Source: an uncultured Gammaproteobacteria bacterium (GTDB taxonomy: Bacteria; Pseudomonadota; Gammaproteobacteria; UBA9214). Taken from it: DNA of 64,000 nt. Position numbers and translations under genes: made by a program. A model generated the notes under the pieces. The model was given only the letters and a program-made list of their open reading frames with translations. It did not search any database and was not told the DNA's origin. Shown here in pieces: positions 13,464-27,656 of the stretch (position 1 is its first letter; every line of letters starts with the position of its first letter). Location of the stretch: contig CAVVHS010000006.1 of the NCBI GenBank assembly GCA_963748215.1, positions 1 to 64,000 of the forward strand. Reading direction: 5' to 3'.

Positions 13464-13772
13464 ATGATGCTATCAATCCCACGTAAGCAACCCTTTCGGG
13501 TCATGGGGCACTGGTTACTCGTACTGGCGTTGTTGCTGGGCCAGTCAGTTGCGCTTGCTCATGATCATGATCATGATGCAGACAATGACAACGGCAGCCC
13601 ATGCGCGCTGTGTCTGTTTGCACAGCAATCCGGCCATGGAGTGGCATCGGTCATTCCTGATCTTGCGGTACAGAATATCCATTTTGTTTCCTTGCCAACG
13701 GTGACACGGGTCGTACTTGCGTCCGTTATTGTCCCGTTTCATTCACGCGCCCCGCCTGCCTCTTTCTCCTGA
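13464..13772 (+). CDS. DUF2946-like leader protein (signal peptide, His/Asp tract, CxxC, C-terminal RAPP)
   Basis: Hydrophobic N-terminus, AHDHDHDAD, CALC, and an ending of HSRAPPASFS. Confidence 0.75.
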   Translation: MMLSIPRKQPFRVMGHWLLVLALLLGQSVALAHDHDHDADNDNGSPCALCLFAQQSGHGVASVIPDLAVQNIHFVSLPTVTRVVLASVIVPFHSRAPPASFS

Positions 13773-13852
13773 ATCAAACCTTTTAACGCTTGATTGTGGC
13801 CGCGCCGCGCAGCTGCATGCTGCCGGTCGTGGCTCCGGAGAAGGAGTACATC

Positions 13853-15253
13853 ATGAAGTTCACATCATCATTGATGGCGGCATCACTGTGTGCCGCCACC
13901 GCGCTGCCGGTCTGTGCCGACAGCGAAATCGAACAACTGCGCAAGGAAATGCTGCAGATGCGCCAGGAGTACGAAACGCGCATGCAGGAGATGGAGCAGC
14001 GCCTGCAATCCGCCGAACAGGCTGCGAGCCGCACGGCGGCAGACCAGGCCGTGTCGGAAGCTCCCGTCACGGCCGAACGGCGGGCCGTCACGGGCAACAG
14101 CTTCAACCCGGCCATCTCGGCAACCGTGCAGGCCAAGCTGTCGAGCTATTCGGTCAATCCCATGGATGCAGAGATTCCCGGCTTCCAGGTCGGCGGCGAG
14201 ACCGGTTTGCCGCCGGAGGGTTTTTCACTGGATGAAACCGAAATCTCGGTGTCGGCCAATGTCGACCAGACCGTCTATGGCGAGGCGACCATCGGGCTGC
14301 ACGAAGACGAAGGTACGACCGAGGTGGATGTCGAGGAGGCCTTCTTCGAGACACTGGCGTTACCGGGCGGCCTGTCGGTGCGCGGCGGGCGGTTCTACTC
14401 CGGCATCGGCTACCTGAACCGCTTCCACACCCATGCCTGGGACTTCCACGACGAACCGCTGGTCTACCGTGCCATGCTCGGCGGTCAGTACGGCGATGAC
14501 GGCGTGCGGCTGTCCTGGCTAGCGCCGACCGACCTGTATCTCGACGTCAGCCTGGAGGCGCTGCAGGGCAACAGCTTTCCGGGCGGCGAGTCGACGTCTG
14601 ACTTCGGCGCCGCGCAAACCGCTGCCATCCATGCCGGCGGCGATGTCGGCACGAGCCACAGCTGGCGTGGTGGCCTGTCATACCTGACGGTCGACGCTAC
14701 CAATCGTGCGGGCGGGCACCATCACGGCGCTGCAGATGGCGGCGCGGCCTTTAGCGGCGATTCCGACCTGTGGATTGCCGACTTCGTCTGGAAGTGGGCT
14801 CCGAACGGCAACCCGGTACAGCGCAATTTCGTCTTCTCCGGCGAGTATTTCAGCCGCGAGGAGGATGGCTCGATCGCGTTCATGGAAGGCGGGCTGCCCG
14901 CCGACCTGGCGTACACCGGCGACCAGCAGGGTTTCTACCTGCAGGGTATTTACCAGTTCATGCCGCGCTGGCGGGTCGGGTTGCGTTATGACTGGCTGGA
15001 CAGCAACAACGCGGTCACTATCGTGAGCATAGACCCCGGCCTGATGCCGGCTGACGTGCTCGACGATGTCGGGCTGACGGACGGGCTGGACAATCCGGAA
15101 CGCTGGAGCCTGATGGCCGATTACACGCCGAGCGAGTTCAGCCGCCTGCGCCTGCAGTACAACCACGACAACAGCCGGGTCGGGCCGACCGATCACCAGG
15201 TGACGCTGCAGTACATCATGAGCCTGGGCGCGCACGGCGCGCACCAGTTCTGA
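13853..15253 (+). CDS. Outer-membrane beta-barrel protein of a metal (Zn-type) uptake locus
   Basis: AAGGAG RBS, signal peptide, N-terminal coiled coil, FNPAIS, NRFHTHAWDF, HHHG loop, C-terminal SLGAHGAHQF. Confidence 0.8.
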   Translation: MKFTSSLMAASLCAATALPVCADSEIEQLRKEMLQMRQEYETRMQEMEQRLQSAEQAASRTAADQAVSEAPVTAERRAVTGNSFNPAISATVQAKLSSYSVNPMDAEIPGFQVGGETGLPPEGFSLDETEISVSANVDQTVYGEATIGLHEDEGTTEVDVEEAFFETLALPGGLSVRGGRFYSGIGYLNRFHTHAWDFHDEPLVYRAMLGGQYGDDGVRLSWLAPTDLYLDVSLEALQGNSFPGGESTSDFGAAQTAAIHAGGDVGTSHSWRGGLSYLTVDATNRAGGHHHGAADGGAAFSGDSDLWIADFVWKWAPNGNPVQRNFVFSGEYFSREEDGSIAFMEGGLPADLAYTGDQQGFYLQGIYQFMPRWRVGLRYDWLDSNNAVTIVSIDPGLMPADVLDDVGLTDGLDNPERWSLMADYTPSEFSRLRLQYNHDNSRVGPTDHQVTLQYIMSLGAHGAHQF

Positions 15254-15257
15254 GGGT

Positions 15258-16163
15258 ATGACGATGATGCGAAACATGCTTGTGGCGGCGCTGCTGGTGC
15301 TGGTTCACGCAGCGGCAGATGCGTCAGTCAATGTGTTCGCTTGTGAGCCGGAGTGGGCCGCACTGGTGACCGAGGTCGCAGGTGACCAGGTGACAGTGAC
15401 ATCTGCGACCACGGCGCAGCAGGACCCGCACCGCATCCAGGCGCGTCCCAGCCTGATTGCCCGTATGCGCAGGGCGGACCTGGTGATCTGTACCGGAGCC
15501 GAACTCGAGGCGGGCTGGCTGCCGTTGTTACTGCGGCGCGCCAACAACCCGCGGGTACAACCTGGCCAGCCCGGTTACCTGGAAGCCGCATCGGTGGTGT
15601 CGTTGCTGGAACGCCCGCAACGGCTTGATCGTGCCGACGGCGACGTTCACGCGGCGGGTAATCCGCATATCCAGACGAATCCTCACCATCTGGCGAGTGT
15701 CGCCCGGGAAATCGCTGACCGACTCGCGGTGATCGACCCGGACCGGGCGGCCGCCTACCGGGATGGCCTGGAACAGTTCCTTGCGCGCTGGCAAACCGCC
15801 ATCGCCCGCTGGGAACAGGCTGCAACAGCCTTGCGCGGCATGCGGGTGGTGGCGCAGCACAACAGCTGGGTTTACCTGAATGACTGGCTGGGCTTGCAAC
15901 AGGTGGCGACCATCGAGTCGAAACCCGGTGTCCCGCCGAGTGGCGGCCACCTGTCCACGCTGGTGGCACAACTCGGGCAACAACCCGCGGCCGCGATCAT
16001 CCGGGCCGCCTACCAGCATGATGCCAGCGCTGCCTGGTTGTCGGAACGCACCGCTATCCCGGTCGTGGTGTTGCCTTACACGGTCGGTGGCTCTGATGAT
16101 GCCGCCGACCTGTTTGGCCTGTTCGATGCGACCCTGGAACGATTGCTGGCCGTGGCACCATGA
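15258..16163 (+). CDS. Metal ABC transporter substrate-binding protein (ZnuA/cluster A-I)
   Basis: Signal peptide, QDPH, GAELE.GWL, DVHAAGNPH, ESKPGVPPS. Confidence 0.9.
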   Translation: MTMMRNMLVAALLVLVHAAADASVNVFACEPEWAALVTEVAGDQVTVTSATTAQQDPHRIQARPSLIARMRRADLVICTGAELEAGWLPLLLRRANNPRVQPGQPGYLEAASVVSLLERPQRLDRADGDVHAAGNPHIQTNPHHLASVAREIADRLAVIDPDRAAAYRDGLEQFLARWQTAIARWEQAATALRGMRVVAQHNSWVYLNDWLGLQQVATIESKPGVPPSGGHLSTLVAQLGQQPAAAIIRAAYQHDASAAWLSERTAIPVVVLPYTVGGSDDAADLFGLFDATLERLLAVAP

Positions 16164-16930
16164 CGATGACCGGTATCGATGTCGATATTCTCGGCCTGCC
16201 GTTGCTGGCCGGGTTGCTGGTGATCGCCACGCATGTCCCGCTGGGGCGCGAGGTCCTGCGCCGGGGCATCATCTTCATCGACCTGGCGGTTGCGCAGATC
16301 GCCGGCCTCGGTGTGATCGCCGCCTTGCTGCTCGGGTGGGATGTCGGCGGATGGAGAACCCAGGCGGTGGCCTTCATCGGTGCGGTGCTGGGTGCGGTCC
16401 TGATCCGGGGTTTTGAGCGCTACTGGCCTGACATACAGGAAGCCCTGATCGGCATCACCTTCGTGCTGGCCGCGACGACCGGGGTGTTGCTGCTGGCCGG
16501 GAACCCGCACGGCGCCGAGCATCTGTCGGAGCTGCTGGCCGGCCAGCTGCTGTGGGTGACAGCGGACCAGTTGCAAACGGCAGCCCTGATCTACCTGCCG
16601 GTCATTATGCTCTGGTTCTGGCTCGGGCCTGGCCGGCTGCGTTTCTACATGTTGTTTGCGCTGACGGTGACCGTTTCCGTGCAATTGGTCGGAGTCTACC
16701 TGGTGTTTTCCAGCCTGATCATTCCTGCTGTAGCGATTCGTCGCTTGCAGGGAGTTGTCGCGATTGCCGCCGGGTACGTACTTGGGATCATTGCATTTGC
16801 AGGCGGCCTGTTGTGCTCTCTCTGGTTCGACTGGCCGGCCGGTCCGGCCGTTGTGTGGTTGCTGGGACTAACGGGCATTATTTTCGGTATTGTTGCAAGT
16901 TATCGCTTTCGAGACATGCAACAGGGGTAA
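16160..16930 (+). CDS. Metal ABC transporter permease (ZnuB-like)
   Basis: HVPLG.EVLRRGIIFIDLA.AQ motif, multiple TM segments, ATGA coupling to the upstream gene. Confidence 0.88.
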   Translation: MTMTGIDVDILGLPLLAGLLVIATHVPLGREVLRRGIIFIDLAVAQIAGLGVIAALLLGWDVGGWRTQAVAFIGAVLGAVLIRGFERYWPDIQEALIGITFVLAATTGVLLLAGNPHGAEHLSELLAGQLLWVTADQLQTAALIYLPVIMLWFWLGPGRLRFYMLFALTVTVSVQLVGVYLVFSSLIIPAVAIRRLQGVVAIAAGYVLGIIAFAGGLLCSLWFDWPAGPAVVWLLGLTGIIFGIVASYRFRDMQQG

Positions 16931-16940
16931 GGAGCGAATG

Positions 16941-17054
16941 GCATGCGGGATTTTTGCGGGACCTGTTGAGTTTCGTTATGCACTGTCCTGCAAGTCTGAC
17001 AACGGGCGCCCCAAATTAAAATAACAAGAACAGAATGTTAAGAACGACTAAGCG
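16941..17054 (+). repeat. Module end sequence, family B (diverged copy) with GCGGGA(C) repeats
   Basis: TGCGGGATTTTTGCGGGACCTGT..CTGTCCTGCAA..CAACGGGCG matches 40910-41022 and 57500-57611. Confidence 0.75.
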
Positions 17055-17159
<105 letters not shown>

Positions 17160-17184
17160 GATGAGGGAATGGAACCGAATCTGA

Positions 17185-17285
17185 GGTTCACAAAATTGTC
17201 AGGAACAATTTTGAACGTCGCGAAGCGGCGGCCCCGAAGGGGCGGCGGACAGGGATGTCCGCCGTAAATCCTCTCGCCCCGACCA
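17185..17285 (+). repeat. Four-hairpin tRNA T-loop-linked element plus duplicated tRNA 3' end, copy 1
   Basis: GGTTCA-[CAAAATTGTCAGGAACAATTTTG..GCCCCGAAGGGGC..GGCGGACAGGGATGTCCGCC]-AAATCCTCTCGCCCCGACCA. Confidence 0.85.
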
Positions 17286-17400
17286 ATTTTTCCCTATACC
17301 ACTCAGTTGGTTAGAGCCACTTTCTCTAACCGGTCTTCCTGTTCAGAATCGTCAGTGCGGGACTTTTGCGGGACTTTTCGTCCGACACCCTGTTTGCGGC
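17286..17400 (-). mobile_element. Integrase-side module end with the last ~25 codons of a tyrosine integrase and a GCGGGACTTTT direct repeat
   Basis: The minus strand reads AANRVSDEKSRKSPALTILNRKTG*. It is homologous to 41147-41232, 48895-48970 and 57845-57998. Confidence 0.8.
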
Positions 17401-17509
17401 TATGAATCGGCGTCCAATAGTGAGCCTGCAGATTTTTCATGATTCAGTACCTTAGCATGCCGATCAGCGTCGAAACTCCATACTGAATTACAGGTGACGC
17501 TGTTTCGTG

Positions 17510-17800
17510 CTATGCCGCGATGTTCACAACCTTGTTGAGTTCGCTCTGCGCCGCCTTGCGTGCTTCCTCCAGATCATAATCGGCTTGCAGCCCCATCCAG
17601 AACTGTTCGGATGTGCCCAGCGCACGAGAGAGACGGATAGCGGTATCCGCGCTGACCGCACGCTTGCCGTGAACGATCTCGTTGATACGCCGTGGTGGCA
17701 CACCCATGGCGCGAGCCAGTCGGTTCTGGCTAATATCGAGTGGCTTGAGGAACTCTTCCAGCAGCACTTCGCCGGGATGTATGTTTGGTAATGTCTTCAT
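17510..17800 (-). CDS. higA: HigA-family antitoxin
   Basis: IHPGEVLLEEFLKPL.ISQ.RLA..RINEIVHGKRAVSADTA.RL..FWMGLQ..YDL. Confidence 0.95.
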   Translation of the reverse strand: MKTLPNIHPGEVLLEEFLKPLDISQNRLARAMGVPPRRINEIVHGKRAVSADTAIRLSRALGTSEQFWMGLQADYDLEEARKAAQSELNKVVNIAA

Positions 17801-17809
17801 AAGCTTGTC

Positions 17810-18091
17810 CTAGTGGTAATCAACGATCTCGACTTCGTTTACGTTGCCGTCAGCCCATGCGAAACAGACGCGCCATTGATCATTGATGCGAATGCTGTAC
17901 TGACCCTTGCGTTTGCCTTTCAGTGCTTCAAGTCGATTGGCCGGTGGAATGCGGAGATCGTCCAGGCTATGGGCGTTGTTGAGCATACGTAATTTCCGCC
18001 GCGCGACCGCCTGGATTTCTTGCGGCAGTCGGCGTGAAGTGCTGCCTTGCTATAGCTTTTCGGTCTCCCGATCCTTGAAGCCTGTGATCAT
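17810..18091 (-). pseudogene. higB: HigB (RelE/ParE-type) toxin with an in-frame TAG at codon 14
   Basis: Manual translation gives MITGFKDRETEKL*QG..ARRKLRML..DLRIPPANRLEALKGKRKGQYSIRINDQWRVCF.W..VEIVDYH*. The stop is at 18050-18052. Confidence 0.9.
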
Positions 18092-18100
18092 GAATGCAAA

Positions 18101-18136
18101 TATAACGTTCTGCGTTATATAACGTCAAGCGTTATA
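18101..18136. promoter_or_regulatory. Tandem palindromic operator upstream of higBA (probable HigA autorepression sites)
   Basis: TATAACG-N5-CGTTATA occurs twice (18101-18119 and 18118-18136), 10 bp upstream of the higB start. Confidence 0.75.
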
Positions 18137-18176
18137 GGTAGCTTGAGACTATTACCTGGCTGGTGTCCATGGCCAA

Positions 18177-18353
18177 ATTGATATTCAAGTAAACCTGTAG
18201 ACTAAACCTGTAGACGCTCCCGTGTGCATGTAAAATGGTTACCCGTTTTCAGCGTAAACAACGGCTTATTGTCCCAAAATCGCGCTTATTTTAGACGCGG
18301 AGGAGGGGCATAAAAAATTTAAAAATAGATAGATAAGAGTGGTTTACAAACCA
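18177..18353 (+). repeat. Module end sequence, family A, copy 2 (includes the TAAACCTGTAGAC direct repeat)
   Basis: TTGATATTCAAGT.AACCTG.AG..GCTCCCG..TTACCCGTTTTCAGCG is shared with 48657-48725, and the 3' part with 13043-13140. Confidence 0.85.
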
Positions 18354-18400
18354 GCATAGGGTGTCTGTGGCCGGAGGTTCAAATCCTCTCGCCCCGACCA
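18354..18400 (+). mobile_element. att-like site 3: diverged 3' half of tRNA-Pro
   Basis: GCATAGGGTGTCTGTGGCCGGAGGTTCAAATCCTCTCGCCCCGACCA. Confidence 0.88.
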
Positions 18401-18620
18401 ATACTGATATATGAAAATGGCCATTTACTTCTGGTGGAGGCCTTTTCACTTTGTATGTATACGTCGGCAGATGGAGGCGAGGCAGAGGTTCACACAATTG
18501 TCTGCATGCCGTCTCCTGTGTGTTGAGGGGCATAGTCTCTGACACAGGCCGGACTGATAGATGCCGGTCAGGTCGCTGCCTATTTTGTATATTCCTTGTC
18601 CCGTTGTGACAGGGTGTTGA

Positions 18621-19532
18621 TCAGCCGTTTCCTTGCTGTCGCCTGCATGTGTGATTTCCGTTTTTTACGCCGGAATCTGCCTTGTCTCTGTTTGGTTTGT
18701 TAGCCGGTTTCGAATATGTCCTGATTTCCCAGAGTGCCGCGTACTGTACGATCTGTCCGAGTTTTGTATGACGCGGAGCCCAGTCGAGCTCTGTTTTAGC
18801 GCGGGTGGCATCAGCAACCAGTGATACCGGATCGCCCTGGCGACGTTTGCCGGGCACGGTCGGGATTGACCTCTGCATCACATGTTCCACAGCTTTGATC
18901 ACCTCGTTGACTGTGAAGCCTGCGCCATTGCCGAGATTGTAGGTTGTGCTCGGTGCTCCCTTCAGTAACACGCGGAGTGCTGCAATATAGGCATTGCACA
19001 GGTCTTCTATATGGATAAAGTCGCTTATGCAGGTGCCATCGCGTATCTCGTAATCCGTTCCAAGAACCGTCAGTACCCTGCTCTTGCCGAGCGCGGTTTG
19101 CAGGGCCTTAGGAATCAAATGGGTTTCCGGGGTGTGCCGTTCACCCCGTTCCCCGTCGCCATCGGCGCCGGCTACATTGAAACAGCGCAGTGTGATAAAG
19201 CGTAAACCATAGGCTGTATCATAGTCGGCAAGCATTTGCTCAACAAACCACATGCTCCTCGCGTACGCATTAATCGGCTGTTTCGGCTGGGTTTCGTCGA
19301 TCGGCTTATTCCGGGAACTGCCATATACCGCAGCGCTGGAGGAAAAGACCAGACACTTGACGTTGTGCACTAACATTGCGTCCAGCAAGACCTGCGTGGC
19401 AGCAAAATTGTTGCGGTAGTACGCGGACGGTTTACGAAAGGAATCGCCTGTGTTGCTGCAACCTGCGCAGTGTATAACTGCCACAAAGTTATATTGCCTG
19501 AAGAGTTTATTCAGGATCGCGATGTCATCCAT
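18621..19532 (-). pseudogene. galE: UDP-glucose 4-epimerase, N-terminally truncated
   Basis: FSSSAAVYG, ETHLIP, DGTCI.DFIH and YNLGNG.GF are present. The GxxGxxG N-terminus is missing, the catalytic YxxxK is changed (YARSM), and the gene is fused to an IS fragment at 19533. Confidence 0.85.
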
Positions 19533-20099
19533 CGGTAGTGTTTGGCGAGGACACGCCGAACCAGGAGCATGTTAATATCCACGCCAAATGCTTTATTGAT
19601 TTGCTGGGCAATTCTAAAACAGCCAGTGCGTGGGTTACGTTGTTTTAGTTCAACGATCGCCTGAATGAGTTCGGGAGATTGACCCTTGGGACCTGGCTTA
19701 CCTTTTCTGCCTGACGAATACAGCAGCCGGTACTTGCGTTATTTGATGTCATGGAATTTAAATAGTGTCGATGGCCGAATAATCACCGTAGCTCGCTGGA
19801 TACAGCGTGGGTCGAGAATCAGCGACCAGAAGCCGAGCAAAAACCGATCGAGTGCTGAGAGATTAGGCGCACGTTGCCGCGAAAGGCTGATGACCAGGAG
19901 CTGCTGCTTCATGAGCAGGCTATCAGCGATAACAGCCCTCGCGCCATCAGGTCCCAGGAGTTTGGCGATGGTGGTCAATAGATGGATGAGGAATATCAGC
20001 AGTTCCTTCATGGCAGAGCAGGGTAGGGAAGGTAGCTTTCAGGAACAAGTCTGTCTAAGTTGTCGTTTTCAAGTGATAATTAGCAATTCGCCTAGGACA
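19533..20099 (-). mobile_element. Truncated IS (rve/integrase-core transposase, TGT..ACA ends), 5' part
   Basis: Homologous to 35940-36510, with terminus AATTCGCCTAGGACA. It encodes MKELLIFLIHLL..RRVLAKHYR with disruptions. Confidence 0.85.
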
Positions 20100-20450
20100 A
20101 GTTGGAGACTTGGCGACACGTGCTGGAGCAACAATGGAGTGCGCTACACTTCGGTGAACTGAAACAGAAAACTGATAGCGAGCAGCATGTCTTTGAAGTG
20201 CAGGACTATCTGGATGACCTCGATCCGGCGGCTGTGCAGGTCGAGCTTTATGCCAACGGCGCAAACGGTAACGCTGCGGAGTGTGACCATGGCACGCGTG
20301 CGGCAACTGGTGGGCGCAATAAACGGCTACGCTTATCGCACAGAGGTGCCGGCAACACGCCCGGCGTCGGACTACACGGTGCGACTTGTACCCCACCACG
20401 ATAGCCTGGCGATACCTCTGGAAGATGCGCATATCCTGTGGCAACGCTAA
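20100..20450 (+). pseudogene. glgP: C-terminal remnant of alpha-glucan (glycogen) phosphorylase
   Basis: W..LHFGE..FEVQ.YL.DLDP.AV.VELYA and VPATRPASDYT.RLVP....L..PLE..HILWQR* lie across two frames. The remnant begins exactly at the IS end. Confidence 0.7.
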
Positions 20451-20495
20451 TTCAATTGATCTTATACGTTCGCAATAAAAGCAAAGGAAACGAAT

Positions 20496-21728
20496 GTGGG
20501 GCTTGCTAAACAAAGTGTGCTAACGATCAATGGTGGCTCGTCGAGCATCAAGTTTGTTTTGTATCGGATTGAAATGCCACTGGCACGAAAACTGACCGGA
20601 AAAATCGACCGCATCGGAATATCCGGTACGCAACTGATTTTCAGCGATCCGTCCCGTGGGCAGCAGGGCACTATTGACATCGAGGCTGCCGATCACAATT
20701 CGGCAGTTGATTACCTCATCGACTGGCTTGAAGAGCAGATCGGCTTTGCGCAGGTCACGGCTGTGGGTCACCGCGTGGTACACGGCATGGAACATTCTGA
20801 TCCAGAGCAGGTTTCCCAGACATTGCTGGATGAATTGCATCGTATCAGTTCCTATGACCCGGATCATCTACCGCGCGAAATCGAACTGATCGAGGCGTTC
20901 CGTCGACGCTATCCGCAACTGCCACAGGTGGCTTGTTTTGACACGGCGTTCCACCACAGCCTGCCGCGCGTTGCGCGGCTCCTGCCTATCCCGCGACGTT
21001 TCGATGCCATGGGAATCCAACGCTACGGGTTTCATGGTTTGTCCTATGCATATCTTATGCAAGCGCTTGCACAGGTTGCCGGTCCGCAAGCGGCTCAGGG
21101 TCGCGTGATTCTTGCGCACCTGGGTAACGGTGCGAGCCTTGCCGCGGTACGTGATGGCCGGAGCATCGACACCAGTATGGGATTTACCCCGGCAGGCGGG
21201 TTAGTGATGGGCACCCGGTCAGGCGACATGGACCCCGGCGTGGCCTGGTACATGATGCAGAGAGAGCATCTGACGTCGAAACAATTTAACCATCTCATCA
21301 ACCATGAATCCGGTTTGCTCGGCATTTCCGAGACCAGTCCCGATATGCGCGATTTGCTCCTGCAGGAGGCGGACGACGTGCGCGCGTCGGAAGCGGTCGA
21401 AGTGTTTTGTTATCAGGTCAAAAAATGGATTGGCGCATTTGCGGCCGCCATGGGTGGTCTGGATACACTGGTGTTCGCGGGTGGCATCGGGGAGCACGCG
21501 CCTGTGGTGCGGGCACGGATCTGCACCGGGCTGGAATTTCTTGGGGTAGAGATAGAGGGAAAATCAAATGCGCAAAATGCGGATGTGATTTCCACAGAAA
21601 CCGGCCGGGTTGCTGTTCGCGTCATGCATACGGATGAGGAACTGATAATCGCGAAATCAGTTTGCGCGATTCTGGGGTTAACAAATCAAAAGGAACACGA
21701 ATATGGTCAGCAAGACGAAAACGCCTGA
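20496..21728 (+). CDS. ackA: Acetate/propionate kinase
   Basis: [57 protein letters not shown]. Confidence 0.96.
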   Translation: MGLAKQSVLTINGGSSSIKFVLYRIEMPLARKLTGKIDRIGISGTQLIFSDPSRGQQGTIDIEAADHNSAVDYLIDWLEEQIGFAQVTAVGHRVVHGMEHSDPEQVSQTLLDELHRISSYDPDHLPREIELIEAFRRRYPQLPQVACFDTAFHHSLPRVARLLPIPRRFDAMGIQRYGFHGLSYAYLMQALAQVAGPQAAQGRVILAHLGNGASLAAVRDGRSIDTSMGFTPAGGLVMGTRSGDMDPGVAWYMMQREHLTSKQFNHLINHESGLLGISETSPDMRDLLLQEADDVRASEAVEVFCYQVKKWIGAFAAAMGGLDTLVFAGGIGEHAPVVRARICTGLEFLGVEIEGKSNAQNADVISTETGRVAVRVMHTDEELIIAKSVCAILGLTNQKEHEYGQQDENA

Positions 21729-24088
21729 GCGCACTGACAAGACGCTGCCGCCCGATCTTGTGCGAAAAATGGACGCCTATTGGCGTGCCGCCAACTATCT
21801 ATCGGTGGGACAGATTTATCTGTATGACAATCCGCTGCTGAAAAAACCGCTCACTTTGGACCATATAAAACCACGCCTGCTGGGCCACTGGGGCACTACA
21901 CCCGGCCTCAACTTTATTTATGTCCACCTTAACCGGATCATTCGGCAATATGATTTGAGCATTGTTAACGTTACCGGCCCCGGCCATGGCGGACCGGGTC
22001 TGGTGGCAAACACCTATCTGGAGGGCACGTACAGCGAGGTGTATCCGAACATTTCCCGTGACGAGGCGGGAATGAAAAAGCTGTTCACCCAGTTTTCATT
22101 TCCAGGTGGCATTCCCAGTCATGTTGCGCCGGAAACGCCCGGCTCGATTAACGAAGGCGGTGAACTCGGTTATGCGCTGTCGCATGCTTATGGCGCAGCC
22201 TTTGATAATCCCGACTTGTTAGTTGCCTGCGTGGTCGGCGATGGCGAGGCTGAAACCGGCCCGATGGCGACCAGCTGGCATTCGAACAAATTTCTCAATC
22301 CAGTGCATGATGGTGCCGTGTTGCCGATTCTGCATTTAAACGGCTACAAGATCGCCGGCCCCACGGTGCTGGCGCGAATCTCCCGCGACGAACTGGACGC
22401 GCTGTTTCGTGGCTACGGTTACACGCCGTATTTCGTCGAGGGCGATGACCCCGATACCATGCATCATCTCATGGCCGCCACGCTCGATACAGTGGTCGCC
22501 GAGATCCAGCGTACTCAGCAAGATGCGCGCAGCAAGGGTTTCACCGAGCGTCCGCGCTGGCCCATGATTATCCTGCGCTCGCCCAAAGGCTGGACTGGCC
22601 CCGAATCTGTCGATGGCAAGCCCATCGAAGGTACCTTTCGCGCACACCAGGTGCCGGTCACCAATTTTATTAAAGAGCCAAAACATTTAAAAATCCTTGA
22701 ACAATGGATGAAATCCTACCGCCCCGAAGAATTATTTGACGAGCATGGCAGGCTCCTGGCAGAGCTGGCCGAACTGGCACCAAAAGGTGAGCGGCGCATG
22801 GGCGCCAACCCGCATGCCAATGGTGGCAAGTTAATGCGTGATTTACGCATGCCGGACTTTCGCGATTATGCAGTCAAGGTGCCTGCACCTGGTGAGGTGA
22901 AAGCTGAAGCGACGCGCGCGCAGGGTGAATTCATGCGTGACGTGATGAAACTCAACGCCGAAGCGCGCAACTTTCGTATCTTCAGCCCGGACGAAACCGC
23001 TTCAAACCGCTGGGGAGCACTGTTTGAAGTAACCAACCGTTGTTCGACAGCAGAAACACTTCCCGGCGATGAACACATTGCGCCCGATGGCCGGGTTATG
23101 GAAATGTTGAGCGAGCACCAGTGTCAGGGCTGGCTTGAAGGTTACTTGCTGACCGGGCGCCATGGCTTTTTTTCCTGCTATGAAGCTTTTATTCACATTG
23201 TTGATTCGATGTTCAACCAGCACGCCAAGTGGCTCGATGTGGCGCGTGACATTTCGTGGCGCCGGCCCATTGCCTCGTTGAATTATTTATTGTCTTCGCA
23301 CGTCTGGCGGCAGGATCACAATGGCTTTAGTCATCAGGACCCGGGGTTTATCGACCTGGTGGTCAACAAGAAAGCCGAGATCATCCGGGTCTATCTGCCG
23401 CCTGACGCCAATACACTGTTATCGGTGACTGACCACTGCCTGCGCAGCCACAATGACATCAATGTGATCGTCGCGGGCAAGCAGCCTGAACTGCAATGGC
23501 TGGATATGGAGGCAGCGATCAAGCATTGCACCGCCGGTCTGGGGATCTGGAAATGGGCCAGTAGCGACGAAGGCGGTGATCCTGATGTGGTCATGGCCTG
23601 TTGTGGTGATGTGCCGACGCTGGAGACCCTGGCGGCAGTGAAGCTGCTGCGCCAGCAGTTCCCGGAATTAAAAGTCCGCGTTATCAATGTGGTAAACTTG
23701 ATGACCCTGCAACCGCCTGGTGAGCACCCGCACGGCATTTCTGACAAGGACTTTGATGTGTTGTTTACCAAAGACAGGCCGATCATTTTTGCTTACCACG
23801 GATATCCATGGTTGATTCATCGTCTGACCTACCGCCGCACCAATCACGGAAATCTGCATGTGCGCGGTTACAAGGAAAACGGCACCACTACCACGCCCTT
23901 TGATATGGCGGTATTGAATGATATCGACCGCTTCCACCTGGCCGGTGATGTCATCGACCGGGTGCCGAGTCTCGGTTCACGCGCTGCTTATGCGAAACAG
24001 TTGTTGCGTGACAAGCTGCTCGACCACAAGGCCTACATCGAAAAACACGGCGAAGACATGCCGGAAATTCTAAATTGGAAGTGGACGC

Positions 24089-24096
<8 letters not shown>
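21703..24096 (+). CDS. xfp: Phosphoketolase (xylulose-5-P/fructose-6-P)
   Basis: [51 protein letters not shown]. Confidence 0.97.
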
Positions 24097-27317
<3,221 letters not shown>

Positions 27318-27321
<4 letters not shown>

Positions 27322-27656
27322 CTGACGGACCTCAAAGCAAGCCTTCGAAGCCGAAGCCGTCGCTTGGTCAGGAGGTCGGCGGGAAAGCGGCACGCAAGCT
27401 CAAGGCGCAGCGCGACGCCGCGCCGGGCGTCTGGTTCGGCCTGGGCATGATGGGGCTGGTCGGCTGGTCGGTGGCGATCCCGACACTGCTCGGCGCGGCA
27501 CTCGGGTTCTGGCTGGACAAGCGTTATCCGGGCGGCCATTCCTGGACGCTGGCGCTGCTGGTGGCCGGGCTCGCGATCGGCTGTTTCAATGCGTGGCATT
27601 GGGTCGCCAAGGAAGACAAGGCGATGCGGGACGAACAGGAGGATGAGGATGAATGA
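27318..27656 (+). CDS. atpQ: AtpQ (AtpZ/AtpI-like) N-ATPase membrane protein
   Basis: WFGLGMMGLVGWSVAIPTLLG..G.WLD..SWTLALL..G...GCFNAWHW. Confidence 0.85.

Noticed and set aside
18050-18052. Programmed readthrough or pyrrolysine at the higB TAG
   Set aside because: No pyl genes or supporting signals are visible. A point mutation is the simpler explanation.
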